Virus record (IMG/VR): IMGVR_UViG_3300032167_000022
DNA: 32,771 nt
From: a virus
Direction: 5' to 3' (one strand)
Shown: positions 1 to 5,997 of the stretch, piece after piece
How the letters are laid out: every line of letters begins with the position of its first letter
Position numbering within the stretch: position 1 is the first letter of the stretch
Translations under genes and position numbers: made by a program
The notes under the pieces: model-generated
What the model was told of the DNA's origin: nothing
The model's input: only the letters and a program-made list of their open reading frames with translations
Database searches by the model: none

Positions 1-8
1 ATTTGTTT

Positions 9-68
<60 letters not shown>

Positions 69-74
69 CTCTCT

Positions 75-281
75 TTATCTCGGACAATAACCGACCCACA
101 TGCCCCATCCGGTAATCGTAAATCTTTTATTGCTCATTCTCTTGATGTTTGCGTGAAGTGTCTCACTTGCTTCATCAAACATTTCAAAAGGCTTATACCC
201 GAGCGGTTCGTCTGTTTCAAAAGTTCTTGACATAATGTATTCGGTATCCTTATAGCGGAATGCAATCGTAACAGTTCTCAT
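75..281 (-). CDS. early hypothetical protein (68 aa), standard code, stop TAA
   Basis: Complete ORF with a conserved upstream UTR (agaaagagagataaaaaATG) behind promoter P1. Confidence 0.5.
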   Translation of the reverse strand: MRTVTIAFRYKDTEYIMSRTFETDEPLGYKPFEMFDEASETLHANIKRMSNKRFTITGWGMWVGYCPR

Positions 282-339
282 TTTTTATCTCTCTTTCTAC
301 GGTTTTTATTGAGGTTGTCCGTTCCTCTGTTCTGTATAT

Positions 340-368
340 ATTATACCACACTTTTGCGTATTTGTCAA
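340..368 (-). promoter_or_regulatory. early promoter P1: TTGACA, 17-nt spacer, TGgTATAAT (extended -10) on the minus strand
   Basis: tgtcaa at 363-368 and attata at 340-345 on the plus strand give TTGACA and TATAAT in reverse complement. The spacer is exactly 17 nt with TGg before the -10. There is an AT-rich UP-like region upstream. Confidence 0.7.
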
Positions 369-400
369 TACCTTTTTGAAAATTTATTTATGAATTTTTT

Positions 401-434
401 GTTAAGAAAAAAAGCTGTTTATAAAACAGCTTTT
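401..434 (-). terminator. rho-independent terminator (possibly bidirectional) for gene 631..419
   Basis: Stem aagctgtt/aacagctt with a 5-nt loop, followed by TTTTTTTCTT on the minus strand. The stop codon of the gene lies inside the hairpin. Confidence 0.55.
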
Positions 435-631
435 AATCTATAACAACAAATTCCATCTTCATTTTTTCTTTCAACTGCGTTATGCTTTTCCAAATGCCAC
501 AGGAAATCATTAACAATACCAACATCACTAAAGAATGTTGTACATCTTGCGATAAGATACATTTTTGACTTCCATTCATAAGACAATTCTTCTGCTACCT
601 TTGCCATAATTTCACTCATGCGATTTTCCAT
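419..631 (-). CDS. early hypothetical protein (70 aa), stop TAA
   Basis: ORF behind P2 with RBS agaaagaggtaaacaaaATG. Confidence 0.55.
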   Translation of the reverse strand: MENRMSEIMAKVAEELSYEWKSKMYLIARCTTFFSDVGIVNDFLWHLEKHNAVERKNEDGICCYRLKAVL

Positions 632-689
632 TTTGTTTACCTCTTTCTACCGTTCTTTTGGGCTTCCGGTTTTCCTCTTGTCTATATAT

Positions 690-718
690 ATTATACCATA
701 CTTTTACGCATTTGTCAA
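690..718 (-). promoter_or_regulatory. early promoter P2 (TTGACA-17-TGgTATAAT)
   Basis: tgtcaa at 713-718, attata at 690-695, spacer 17 nt. It is near-identical to P1. Confidence 0.7.
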
Positions 719-735
719 TAGGTTTTTGAAAATTT

Positions 736-775
736 CTTAAAAAAATTTTGAGAGGGTTTTCGGGAACCCTCTCGC
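736..775 (-). terminator. hairpin gagagggtt-ttcggg-aaccctctc downstream of gene 1102..785
   Basis: 9-bp stem with a 6-nt loop. The minus-strand tail is AAAATTTTTTT. The stem is related to the hairpin at 47-68. Confidence 0.4.
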
Positions 776-784
776 TTTAATTAA

Positions 785-1102
785 CTAAAATGTTGCTTCG
801 TTCTGTAAAATGTGCCTGCGCTTTTGTATATTCTTTTTGATTACGTTTGATAACCATTGCGGCGTATTGTTGTAAGTCACATAATTAGCCTGCTTATATT
901 CTGCTATGTACATTGTGATTATCATGCCTTCTTCGTCCTTGACTATCAGAACGCCTGTGTCTGTCAAGCAAGATACTGTCGGTGTGGTGGATGAATGGCG
1001 TTTAAATACGATGTTGCCATATCCAATAGTAGTGGCGATGTAAGCCACGCGGTCAAGGCGGTCTGCGCGCAGATGGTGGGAGATGTTTACTCTTTCAGTC
1101 AT
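785..1102 (-). CDS. early hypothetical protein (105 aa); the stop codon is TAG
   Basis: The ORF track extends to 1180, but its first 26 residues are translated promoter/UTR (CGIIYTE is tgtggtataatatatacag). The real start is the ATG at 1102, preceded by aaagaggtaaataaaATG. The stop at 785-787 is TAG, followed by ttaattaa. Confidence 0.55.
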   Translation of the reverse strand: MTERVNISHHLRADRLDRVAYIATTIGYGNIVFKRHSSTTPTVSCLTDTGVLIVKDEEGMIITMYIAEYKQANYVTYNNTPQWLSNVIKKNIQKRRHILQNEATF

Positions 1103-1151
1103 TTTATTTACCTCTTTCTTTTGGAAGGTGTGTTGTTTTCTTTCTGTATAT

Positions 1152-1180
1152 ATTATACCACATTTTTGTGTATTTGTCAA
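1152..1180 (-). promoter_or_regulatory. early promoter P3 (TTGACA-17-TGgTATAAT)
   Basis: tgtcaa at 1175-1180, attata at 1152-1157, spacer 17 nt. Confidence 0.7.
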
Positions 1181-1204
1181 TAGTTTTTTGAAAATTTATT
1201 TATG

Positions 1205-1244
1205 AACTTTTTGTAAACAAAAGGTACTGCTTTTCAGCAGTACC
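1205..1244 (-). terminator. rho-independent terminator for gene 1491..1234
   Basis: Stem ggtactgc/gcagtacc, then TTTTGTTTAC on the minus strand. The TGA stop of the gene sits in the loop. Confidence 0.6.
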
Positions 1245-1491
1245 CGCGTCTCATGATTTTCCTTTTTTCTGTTCCGATTATGCGGCAAGCTAACCGCACT
1301 GCGTGCCTGCGCTGGATTCTGATGCTTGCGCTTACCTCTTTGTCGTGCATCCAGTTGTCAAGGGCATCGCGCAATTCCATACGCTTATCTACCAATCTTC
1401 CCCAAATTTCATCATATCTTTCGTCGTAGGGGATGCGGTCAAGCGCATTGTTAATAAGGGTGATTCGGGTGATAGTGTTGATGATTTTCAT
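1234..1491 (-). CDS. early hypothetical protein (85 aa), stop TGA
   Basis: The real start is the ATG at 1491 (cat at 1489-1491 on the plus strand) after the conserved UTR with GAGG RBS. The upstream part of the track ORF is translated promoter. Confidence 0.55.
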   Translation of the reverse strand: MKIINTITRITLINNALDRIPYDERYDEIWGRLVDKRMELRDALDNWMHDKEVSASIRIQRRHAVRLACRIIGTEKRKIMRRGYC

Positions 1492-1551
1492 TGTTTTATC
1501 TCTCTTTCTTTTGGAGGGTGGCTCATTGACTCTCTCCCTCTCTCTGTATAT

Positions 1552-1580
1552 ATTATACCACATTTTAATAGATTTGTCAA
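1552..1580 (-). promoter_or_regulatory. early promoter P4 (TTGACA-17-TGgTATAAT)
   Basis: tgtcaa at 1575-1580, attata at 1552-1557, spacer 17 nt. Confidence 0.7.
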
Positions 1581-1671
1581 GGGGTTTTTTAAACTTTTTT
1601 CAAGAAATTTTCTTGGGGAAAAGCACCTGCGCATTTGGGAGTTTACTAACCCTTTCCCCCTTGACATATAT

Positions 1672-1700
1672 ATTATACCATACTTTGATTGAAAAGTCAA
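1672..1700 (-). promoter_or_regulatory. early promoter P5 (TTGACT-17-TGgTATAAT), in tandem about 120 bp upstream of P4 with no gene between
   Basis: agtcaa at 1695-1700, attata at 1672-1677, spacer 17 nt. Only about 80 nt of non-coding sequence separate it from P4. Confidence 0.6.
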
Positions 1701-1882
1701 TAGGTTTTTGAAAATTTATTTGTAAACAAAATATGAACTAATTTCGGGATACTGCTACCGAACAAATGTTTGTGCCTTACTTTAACAATTTATCACTTTA
1801 CCATACTAAAGCGCGAATTCGGGCCCCCACTACACCTGTCGTATGGAACGGATTGTTAAAACTTTAACAAGCGCATCCAGTA

Positions 1883-1913
1883 GACAAAAGAAAGATGGAG
1901 ATTACTCTCCATC
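1883..1913 (-). terminator. rho-independent terminator for gene 2060..1902
   Basis: Stem gatggaga/tctccatc with a 4-nt loop, followed by TTTCTTTTGTC on the minus strand. The TAA stop is in the loop. Confidence 0.6.
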
Positions 1914-2060
1914 TGTCAGATTCATTGCTATTACGAACATGTTCCAGTCTGCGTGCTGTGGTTCGCTCGTGTTGTTGTCTGCGATAATGTCAAGGTAGCT
2001 TACACCTGCCCAAATAGCAAGGGCGATTAAAATGGCGTTGATGGCTTTAAGAATTTTCAT
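1902..2060 (-). CDS. early small membrane/secreted peptide (52 aa: MKILKAINAILIALAIWAGVSYL...)
   Basis: ATG at 2060 after the conserved UTR. It has a hydrophobic N-terminal segment. The upstream part of the track ORF is translated promoter. Confidence 0.5.
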   Translation of the reverse strand: MKILKAINAILIALAIWAGVSYLDIIADNNTSEPQHADWNMFVIAMNLTDGE

Positions 2061-2118
2061 TGTCTTTGTATCCTTTCTTTGAGAGGGTTTGTTTTTTCTT
2101 TTCCCTTTCTCTATATAT

Positions 2119-2147
2119 ATTATATCATATTTTAATAGATTTGTCAA
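2119..2147 (-). promoter_or_regulatory. early promoter P6 (TTGACA-17-TGaTATAAT)
   Basis: tgtcaa at 2142-2147, attata at 2119-2124 with tca after it, spacer 17 nt. Confidence 0.7.
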
Positions 2148-2204
2148 TAGTTTTTCTTCAATTTAATTGTAAACGATTTATTAACATCGTTAAAACTTTA
2201 ACAA

Positions 2205-2245
2205 GCGCAGGCATTAGATAAGCAAGCATTTGTGATGCTTGCTTA
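2205..2245 (-). terminator. long imperfect hairpin (about 14 bp) downstream of gene 2473..2252
   Basis: tagataagcaagcat-ttgtg-atgcttgcttaatcta. There is no clear T tract on the minus strand. Confidence 0.35.
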
Positions 2246-2251
2246 ATCTAT

Positions 2252-2473
2252 TCACGCGAGACAAGCGTACAGAGTGAACTTCCTTTCTTCTACTTTGATG
2301 ATGCCTTCATCAGCCATCTCGCGCAGTACGTCAATCACGCGCAGACCATCGCCATTATAGCCCTTGATACCTGCTCTTGCCATAATGGTGTAGTAGGGAA
2401 GCCATTCAGCCATTACCGCATTTCTATTCTGAATCTTGTTTCTAATGTTCATCTTGCTTACGTTGATACCCAT
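2252..2473 (-). CDS. early hypothetical protein (73 aa), stop TGA
   Basis: ATG at 2473 (cat at 2471-2473) preceded by aagaaagaggtaacacaaATG. Confidence 0.55.
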   Translation of the reverse strand: MGINVSKMNIRNKIQNRNAVMAEWLPYYTIMARAGIKGYNGDGLRVIDVLREMADEGIIKVEERKFTLYACLA

Positions 2474-2546
2474 TTGTGTTACCTCTTTCTTTTGGTTGTT
2501 TTTGTTTTGTGCGCTCTCTGTCGCGCTCTTGTTTCTTTCTGTATAT

Positions 2547-2575
2547 ATTATACCACATTTTTGTGCATTTGTCAA
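2547..2575 (-). promoter_or_regulatory. early promoter P7 (TTGACA-17-TGgTATAAT)
   Basis: tgtcaa at 2570-2575, attata at 2547-2552, spacer 17 nt. Confidence 0.7.
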
Positions 2576-2660
2576 TAGGTTTTCGCAATATTTTTTTATT
2601 AACTTTTTATGAACATCGTTAAAACTTTAACAAACTCATACCACTGGACTACCAACAGCA

Positions 2661-2695
2661 GACAAAGAAAAGATGTGAGGTTTTACCCTCACATC
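2661..2695 (-). terminator. rho-independent terminator for gene 2859..2689
   Basis: Stem gatgtgagg/cctcacatc with a 6-nt loop, followed by TTTTCTTTGTC on the minus strand. The TGA stop is inside the hairpin. Confidence 0.6.
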
Positions 2696-2859
2696 CATCC
2701 AAGCTCTGCGCTTACTTCATTGAACTGCTCTTCATTGACATCGTACTCTACGTACTTTCTGCCATTCTCTTCGTAGAAGAAGAAGTTGCGCATCTCTACT
2801 CTGCCGCTTTCATAAATTTCATTAAACCACGCTTCACTCGTTGCTACTGTAATCATCAT
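2689..2859 (-). CDS. early hypothetical protein (56 aa, MMITVATSEAWFNEIYESGRVEMRNFFFYEENGRKYVEYDVNEEQFNEVSAELGWM)
   Basis: ATG ATG at 2859-2854 after the conserved UTR. The track ORF start at 2937 is translated promoter. Confidence 0.5.
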   Translation of the reverse strand: MMITVATSEAWFNEIYESGRVEMRNFFFYEENGRKYVEYDVNEEQFNEVSAELGWM

Positions 2860-2919
2860 TTTTTTAATCTCTCTTTCTGCCTTTCTTTTGGGCTTCAGGC
2901 TTTCCTCTGTTCTGTATAT

Positions 2920-2948
2920 ATTATACCACACTTTCATGGATTTGTCAA
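2920..2948 (-). promoter_or_regulatory. early promoter P8 (TTGACA-17-TGgTATAAT)
   Basis: tgtcaa at 2943-2948, attata at 2920-2925, spacer 17 nt. Confidence 0.7.
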
Positions 2949-3038
2949 GGGGTTTCGCAAAATTTTTTTATATTTTTTTTGTAAACAGATTATGAACATT
3001 GTTAAAAACTTAACTTACAAAGTTGGGAGAACTTTGCA

Positions 3039-3227
3039 CTTTAGTATGGTAAAGCGTTAATACATCGTTAAATCTTTAACAATCTCGCTGCCACCAAGCT
3101 CTACAAATGTATGTTAATTTTTTAACAATCTCGCTGCCGCAGCTCTACAAATGTATGTCAATCCAATTGCAGAGATTCGCTGAACTATGCAAATACTTTA
3201 ACGCTTTAGCACTTTACCATACTAAAG
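3039..3227. repeat. structured non-coding element: an inverted repeat (cactttagtatggtaaagcg at 3039-3058 and ctttaccatactaaagt at 3211-3227) flanking two tandem copies of about 40 bp (3076-3115 and 3121-3158)
   Basis: Direct reading shows an IR arm of 17-20 nt and near-identical direct repeats tttaacaatctcgctgcc..gctctacaaatgtatgt. A third copy of the arm (ctttaccatactaaag) sits at 1796-1811. Confidence 0.6.
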
Positions 3228-3269
3228 TATTCGCTACATTAGAGCGAGAGGGTTTGTACATAGTTTGTT

Positions 3270-3405
3270 AATAGTTTATTCACAATTAAATGTTAACAAA
3301 TTATTTACAATTTGTTCATAATTTGTTCACAATTATAGGAAATAAATTGTTAACAGTTTGTTCACAATTTGTTCATAAAAAATTTACAAATTGTTTACAA
3401 TTGCG
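3270..3405. repeat. iteron cluster: TTCACAATT three times, TGTTCATAA twice, TTTACAA(A)TT three times and TTGTTAACA twice; candidate replication origin or multi-site operator
   Basis: Short AT-rich direct repeats counted in a 135-bp non-coding stretch with no ORF. Confidence 0.5.
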
Positions 3406-3437
3406 AAAAACGGCTCGCTTCAGCCGCCAGCGAGCCG
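3401..3437 (-). terminator. rho-independent terminator ending the 4860-to-3648 minus-strand operon
   Basis: GC-rich 9-bp stem cggctcgct/agcgagccg with a 9-nt loop, followed by TTTTTCGCAA on the minus strand. Confidence 0.65.
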
Positions 3438-3576
3438 AGGAATGACAGGGTGCGATTATAGGGTTGCGCGTAGTCCTGGAAAAATCCGACAATAGGTTTT
3501 GTATAGTAGAGGGGGGTGGTTTTCGTGAAAAATTTTTTTTGAATTTGATAAAATGATTTGGTCTGGACAAAAATCC

Positions 3577-3650
3577 CCTAAAGTCATTTTTTAATTTCAA
3601 ATTACGAGAAACCCTAAAGTCATTTTGTAATTTCAAATCACGAAAAATCA
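3577..3650. repeat. two tandem 36-bp direct repeats (ccctaaagtcatttt.taatttcaaat.acga.aaa)
   Basis: Direct reading. These repeats are what generate the spurious 92-aa ORF 3373..3651 (LKLQNDFRVSRNLKLKNDFRGF). Confidence 0.6.
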
Positions 3651-3782
3651 ATCCTTCTTCTTCCTATTACGTTTAGGTTTTTCTCCCCAAATAGCCTCAT
3701 AAATTAAACTTGTACCTTTATTAGTAGCTTTCTGTCTTCTACTTTTTGCCATACTTCCCAAAATTCCACTCGGTTTTTTCAT
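3648..3782 (-). CDS. small, very basic protein (44 aa: MKKPSGILGSMAKSRRQKATNKGTSLIYEAIWGEKPKRNRKKKD), translationally coupled
   Basis: Its ATG overlaps the TAA of the upstream gene (TAAAATG), and GGAGG lies 8 nt upstream. The ORF track does not list it because it is under 60 aa. Confidence 0.35.
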   Translation of the reverse strand: MKKPSGILGSMAKSRRQKATNKGTSLIYEAIWGEKPKRNRKKKD

Positions 3783-3783
3783 T

Positions 3784-4218
3784 TTAATTCCTCCATCCAC
3801 AACATCCTTCCGTACCGCAAGCGTCGCATTGCGCTTCTACTTCACTTTTACAAGGTCTCCAATCTTCCACAGATTTCTTTGCGCTTTCTTCTTTCATATA
3901 TTTATCCCTATACTCAACAAATTCATCCCAGCCGCATTCATTAAAAATTTTAGTTGCTATAAATAATTCCCGCATACTATTATAAAAATGATATTCCTCC
4001 GGAGGAGGTTTAATTTCATTAGTCCTTACAAGTTTCCATCCTTTTACTTTCTTTCCAAATAATTCAGTTTCTGTTTCAACACCTTTAAACTCTTTATAAC
4101 TATAAGGATTTTTAATTCCATTAGCTTGCGCGTACTCATTAAATTCCATTTCATAAATAAGTATTGCCGCACTCACACCACTTATAACAATAGGTTCGTT
4201 AAAATCTGTCATCATCAT
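3784..4218 (-). CDS. early hypothetical protein (144 aa) with a C-terminal Cys cluster (CKSEVEAQCDACGTEGCCGW)
   Basis: Complete ORF with a TAA stop, in an operon behind P9. Confidence 0.55.
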   Translation of the reverse strand: MMMTDFNEPIVISGVSAAILIYEMEFNEYAQANGIKNPYSYKEFKGVETETELFGKKVKGWKLVRTNEIKPPPEEYHFYNSMRELFIATKIFNECGWDEFVEYRDKYMKEESAKKSVEDWRPCKSEVEAQCDACGTEGCCGWRN

Positions 4219-4249
4219 CCCATCCTTCCGGCATAAAAATATCTAAAAT

Positions 4250-4342
4250 CTATACTAACAAATTATTAAAAACTAAAATGGGGCCGCCCAGTATAAAGAC
4301 CGCATAAATAGCCCATTTAGCTCCTTCATTTTCAATCTTCAT
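4250..4342 (-). CDS. possible small hydrophobic peptide (30 aa, MKIENEGAKWAIYAVFILGGPILVFNNLLV) in a 187-nt intergenic gap; stop is TAG
   Basis: ATG at 4342 with a weak RBS. Support is only the ORF and the unusually long gap. Confidence 0.2.
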   Translation of the reverse strand: MKIENEGAKWAIYAVFILGGPILVFNNLLV

Positions 4343-4404
4343 AATTTCATCTAAATAATTACTAAACATTAAAAATGAGCAAATCATCCATCCAATAATA
4401 ATAA

Positions 4405-4797
4405 TTAAAGCTCCCACACGAATGTACCATCCTTTAATTTATAAACATTAGCATGTAAGTTAATAGCTTCTCCACCTTCAAAATCATATTCTTTTAAATT
4501 CTTTTCTTCCAAAACTTCTTTTAATACTAAACTATCTTTTGGTAAACATAATGTAACTCCAATAACATTATGGTCATCATACATAGAAGTATCAACTATA
4601 TTATATTGCGCTTTTTCATTAATAACATTTACTGAAGTTACTAAAGTAACATCATTATATTCTTCAACAATTAATTTTTTCATTCTATCTCTTAATGAGC
4701 GTGAGCTATCTTTTCTTTCAATAACAGCAATAATAATTGTTACAATTATCATACCCGCAGTTACAATTCCCAATAATAATAAAGCATCTAAAAACAT
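4405..4797 (-). CDS. early membrane-anchored protein (130 aa; N-terminal TM helix LLLLGIVTAGMIIVTIIIAVI)
   Basis: ORF with RBS ttgaggtgcgcaaATG behind P9. Stop is TAA. Confidence 0.55.
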   Translation of the reverse strand: MFLDALLLLGIVTAGMIIVTIIIAVIERKDSSRSLRDRMKKLIVEEYNDVTLVTSVNVINEKAQYNIVDTSMYDDHNVIGVTLCLPKDSLVLKEVLEEKNLKEYDFEGGEAINLHANVYKLKDGTFVWEL

Positions 4798-4831
4798 TTG
4801 CGCACCTCAATTTTTTTTATTTTCTATATAT

Positions 4832-4860
4832 ATTATATAAAAAATTTTTAAAAAAGTCAA
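4832..4860 (-). promoter_or_regulatory. early promoter P9 (TTGACT-17-TATAAT) for the 4797-to-3648 operon
   Basis: agtcaa at 4855-4860, attata at 4832-4837, spacer 17 nt. Confidence 0.6.
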
Positions 4861-4878
4861 TAAATGCCTTAATGAAAT

Positions 4879-4907
4879 TTGACAAAAGAAAAATTTTATG
4901 GTACAAT
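4879..4907 (+). promoter_or_regulatory. plus-strand promoter (TTGACA-17-TGgTACAAT), divergent from P9 and heading the structural/packaging module
   Basis: TTGACA at 4879-4884, TACAAT at 4902-4907 preceded by tgg, spacer 17 nt. GGAGG and an ATG lie 29 nt downstream. Confidence 0.6.
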
Positions 4908-4935
4908 ATAAGTATAAAATAACTGGAGGTAAAAA

Positions 4936-5994
4936 ATGGTTAAATTAGATTATTCTTTACAAACTCCAGAAGAAAGAGTTAAATTAGTAGAATAGATTTT
5001 AGCCGAGGACCCAAACCCCAGTGAAAAATATTCAGAAGTATTGGCTGACTATTTAATTCTTTGTATGGAGAAACAAGAAAGAAAAGAAAAGAAAATTCTT
5101 ACTGAAAACCGAATGGCGACAGTAAATAAAAGAGAAACTTCTTATGAAGGTCTTGTTTCCCAATTAGAAAATGGCGAAGATGGTATATATAATTTAATGT
5201 CAGATAATAAATAGTAGATTTTTCAACCAAAAGTAACAATAACAAAAAAAGATTTAGAAGAGATTCCTGATTTGCGCCAATTGCGCGACGCCATAGAAAT
5301 CTGGGAGGCAAAACTAAAAACCGCCGAAGGAAAAGATGCTTTTACTATTAAAAAAGCTTTAATTGAATTGCGGAAAGACCAATATATTATTAAAAATGCG
5401 TTCAGATGCCCTGTTGAATTAAATAAGATTACTCGCTCAAAATCTTATATTAAATTAGATGATACAACTTGCGAATTTGATGATGATGGATATCCTATTC
5501 CTTCTGGAATTTCATTAATGAATCCTGAAGTTGTTTCAGCAATTTTATGTAATTATTCAAAATTAAAGCAAGATAGTTGGGATTATTTTGAAGGAGATAC
5601 TTGGTATCTTATGAATGATTTTGACCATTTGAGTAATGTGGCTTTAAAAGAATATCCATTATATGAACGATTAGTTGATTTAAAAATTGATGGACTTTAG
5701 AATGCGGATATCCAAATAAAATTAGAAGAAGAATTTGGAATTAAACATAGTCTAGAATATATATCTAGTTTATGGCGTAATAAAATTCCTAAATTAATTG
5801 CGTCAACTGCGGAAGATGAATTTTTAGATTGGTATTATTTAGAAGTTGAAAAAGGAAAATATAAAAAATGTAGTAGATGCGGACAGATTAAATTAGCTCA
5901 TAATAAATATTTTAGCAAGAATAAAACAAGCCGAGATGGCTTTTACAGTATTTGTAAATGCTGCCGGAATGCTAAAACAAAGAAAGGAGAATAA
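4936..5994 (+). CDS. first gene of the plus-strand module, about 352 aa, 4 in-frame TAG; C-terminal zinc-binding motif CSRCGQIKLAHNKYFSKNKTSRDGFYSICKCC (zinc ribbon or HNH-like?)
   Basis: RBS GGAGG, ATG at 4936. Frame 1 is continuous to the TAA at 5992-5994 if TAG is read as sense; it includes a TAG TAG doublet. The ORF track fragment 5272..5700 is in the same frame. Confidence 0.5.
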
Positions 5995-5997
5995 TTT

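Noticed and set aside
995-1711. Plus-strand ORFs 995..1183, 1303..1692 and 1433..1711, and minus-strand ORF 1488..1700
   Set aside because: They overlap the reiterated promoter/UTR cassettes and the well-supported minus-strand genes. They lack an RBS, and their peptides (e.g. CGIIYTE) are just translated promoter repeats.
1794-1850. Candidate tRNA around ccatac…gtatgg, and the juxtaposed EcoRI and ApaI sites (gaattcgggccc) that look like a cloning linker
   Set aside because: The region cannot be folded into a cloverleaf with T-loop and anticodon-loop consensus. The restriction-site juxtaposition is a single 12-mer and is most simply coincidence, so I do not call a vector remnant.
340-2948. 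Whether the regularly spaced repeats could be a CRISPR array
   Set aside because: The repeat unit is a canonical -35/-10 promoter plus 5' UTR, the spacers are 350-450 bp and carry ORFs with RBS and terminators, and the repeats are not short palindromic direct repeats.
3221-3258. Possible CTA anticodon stem-loop in ctcgctctaatgtagcga (minus strand)
   Set aside because: The flanking 5-bp segments do not pair in the register that would place CTA at positions 34-36, and no acceptor or T arm can be built.
3373-3651. 92-aa minus-strand ORF (…LKLQNDFRVSRNLKLKNDFRGF…)
   Set aside because: It is a translation of two tandem 36-bp direct repeats plus GC-hairpin sequence. It has no RBS and its repetitive peptide mirrors the DNA repeat.
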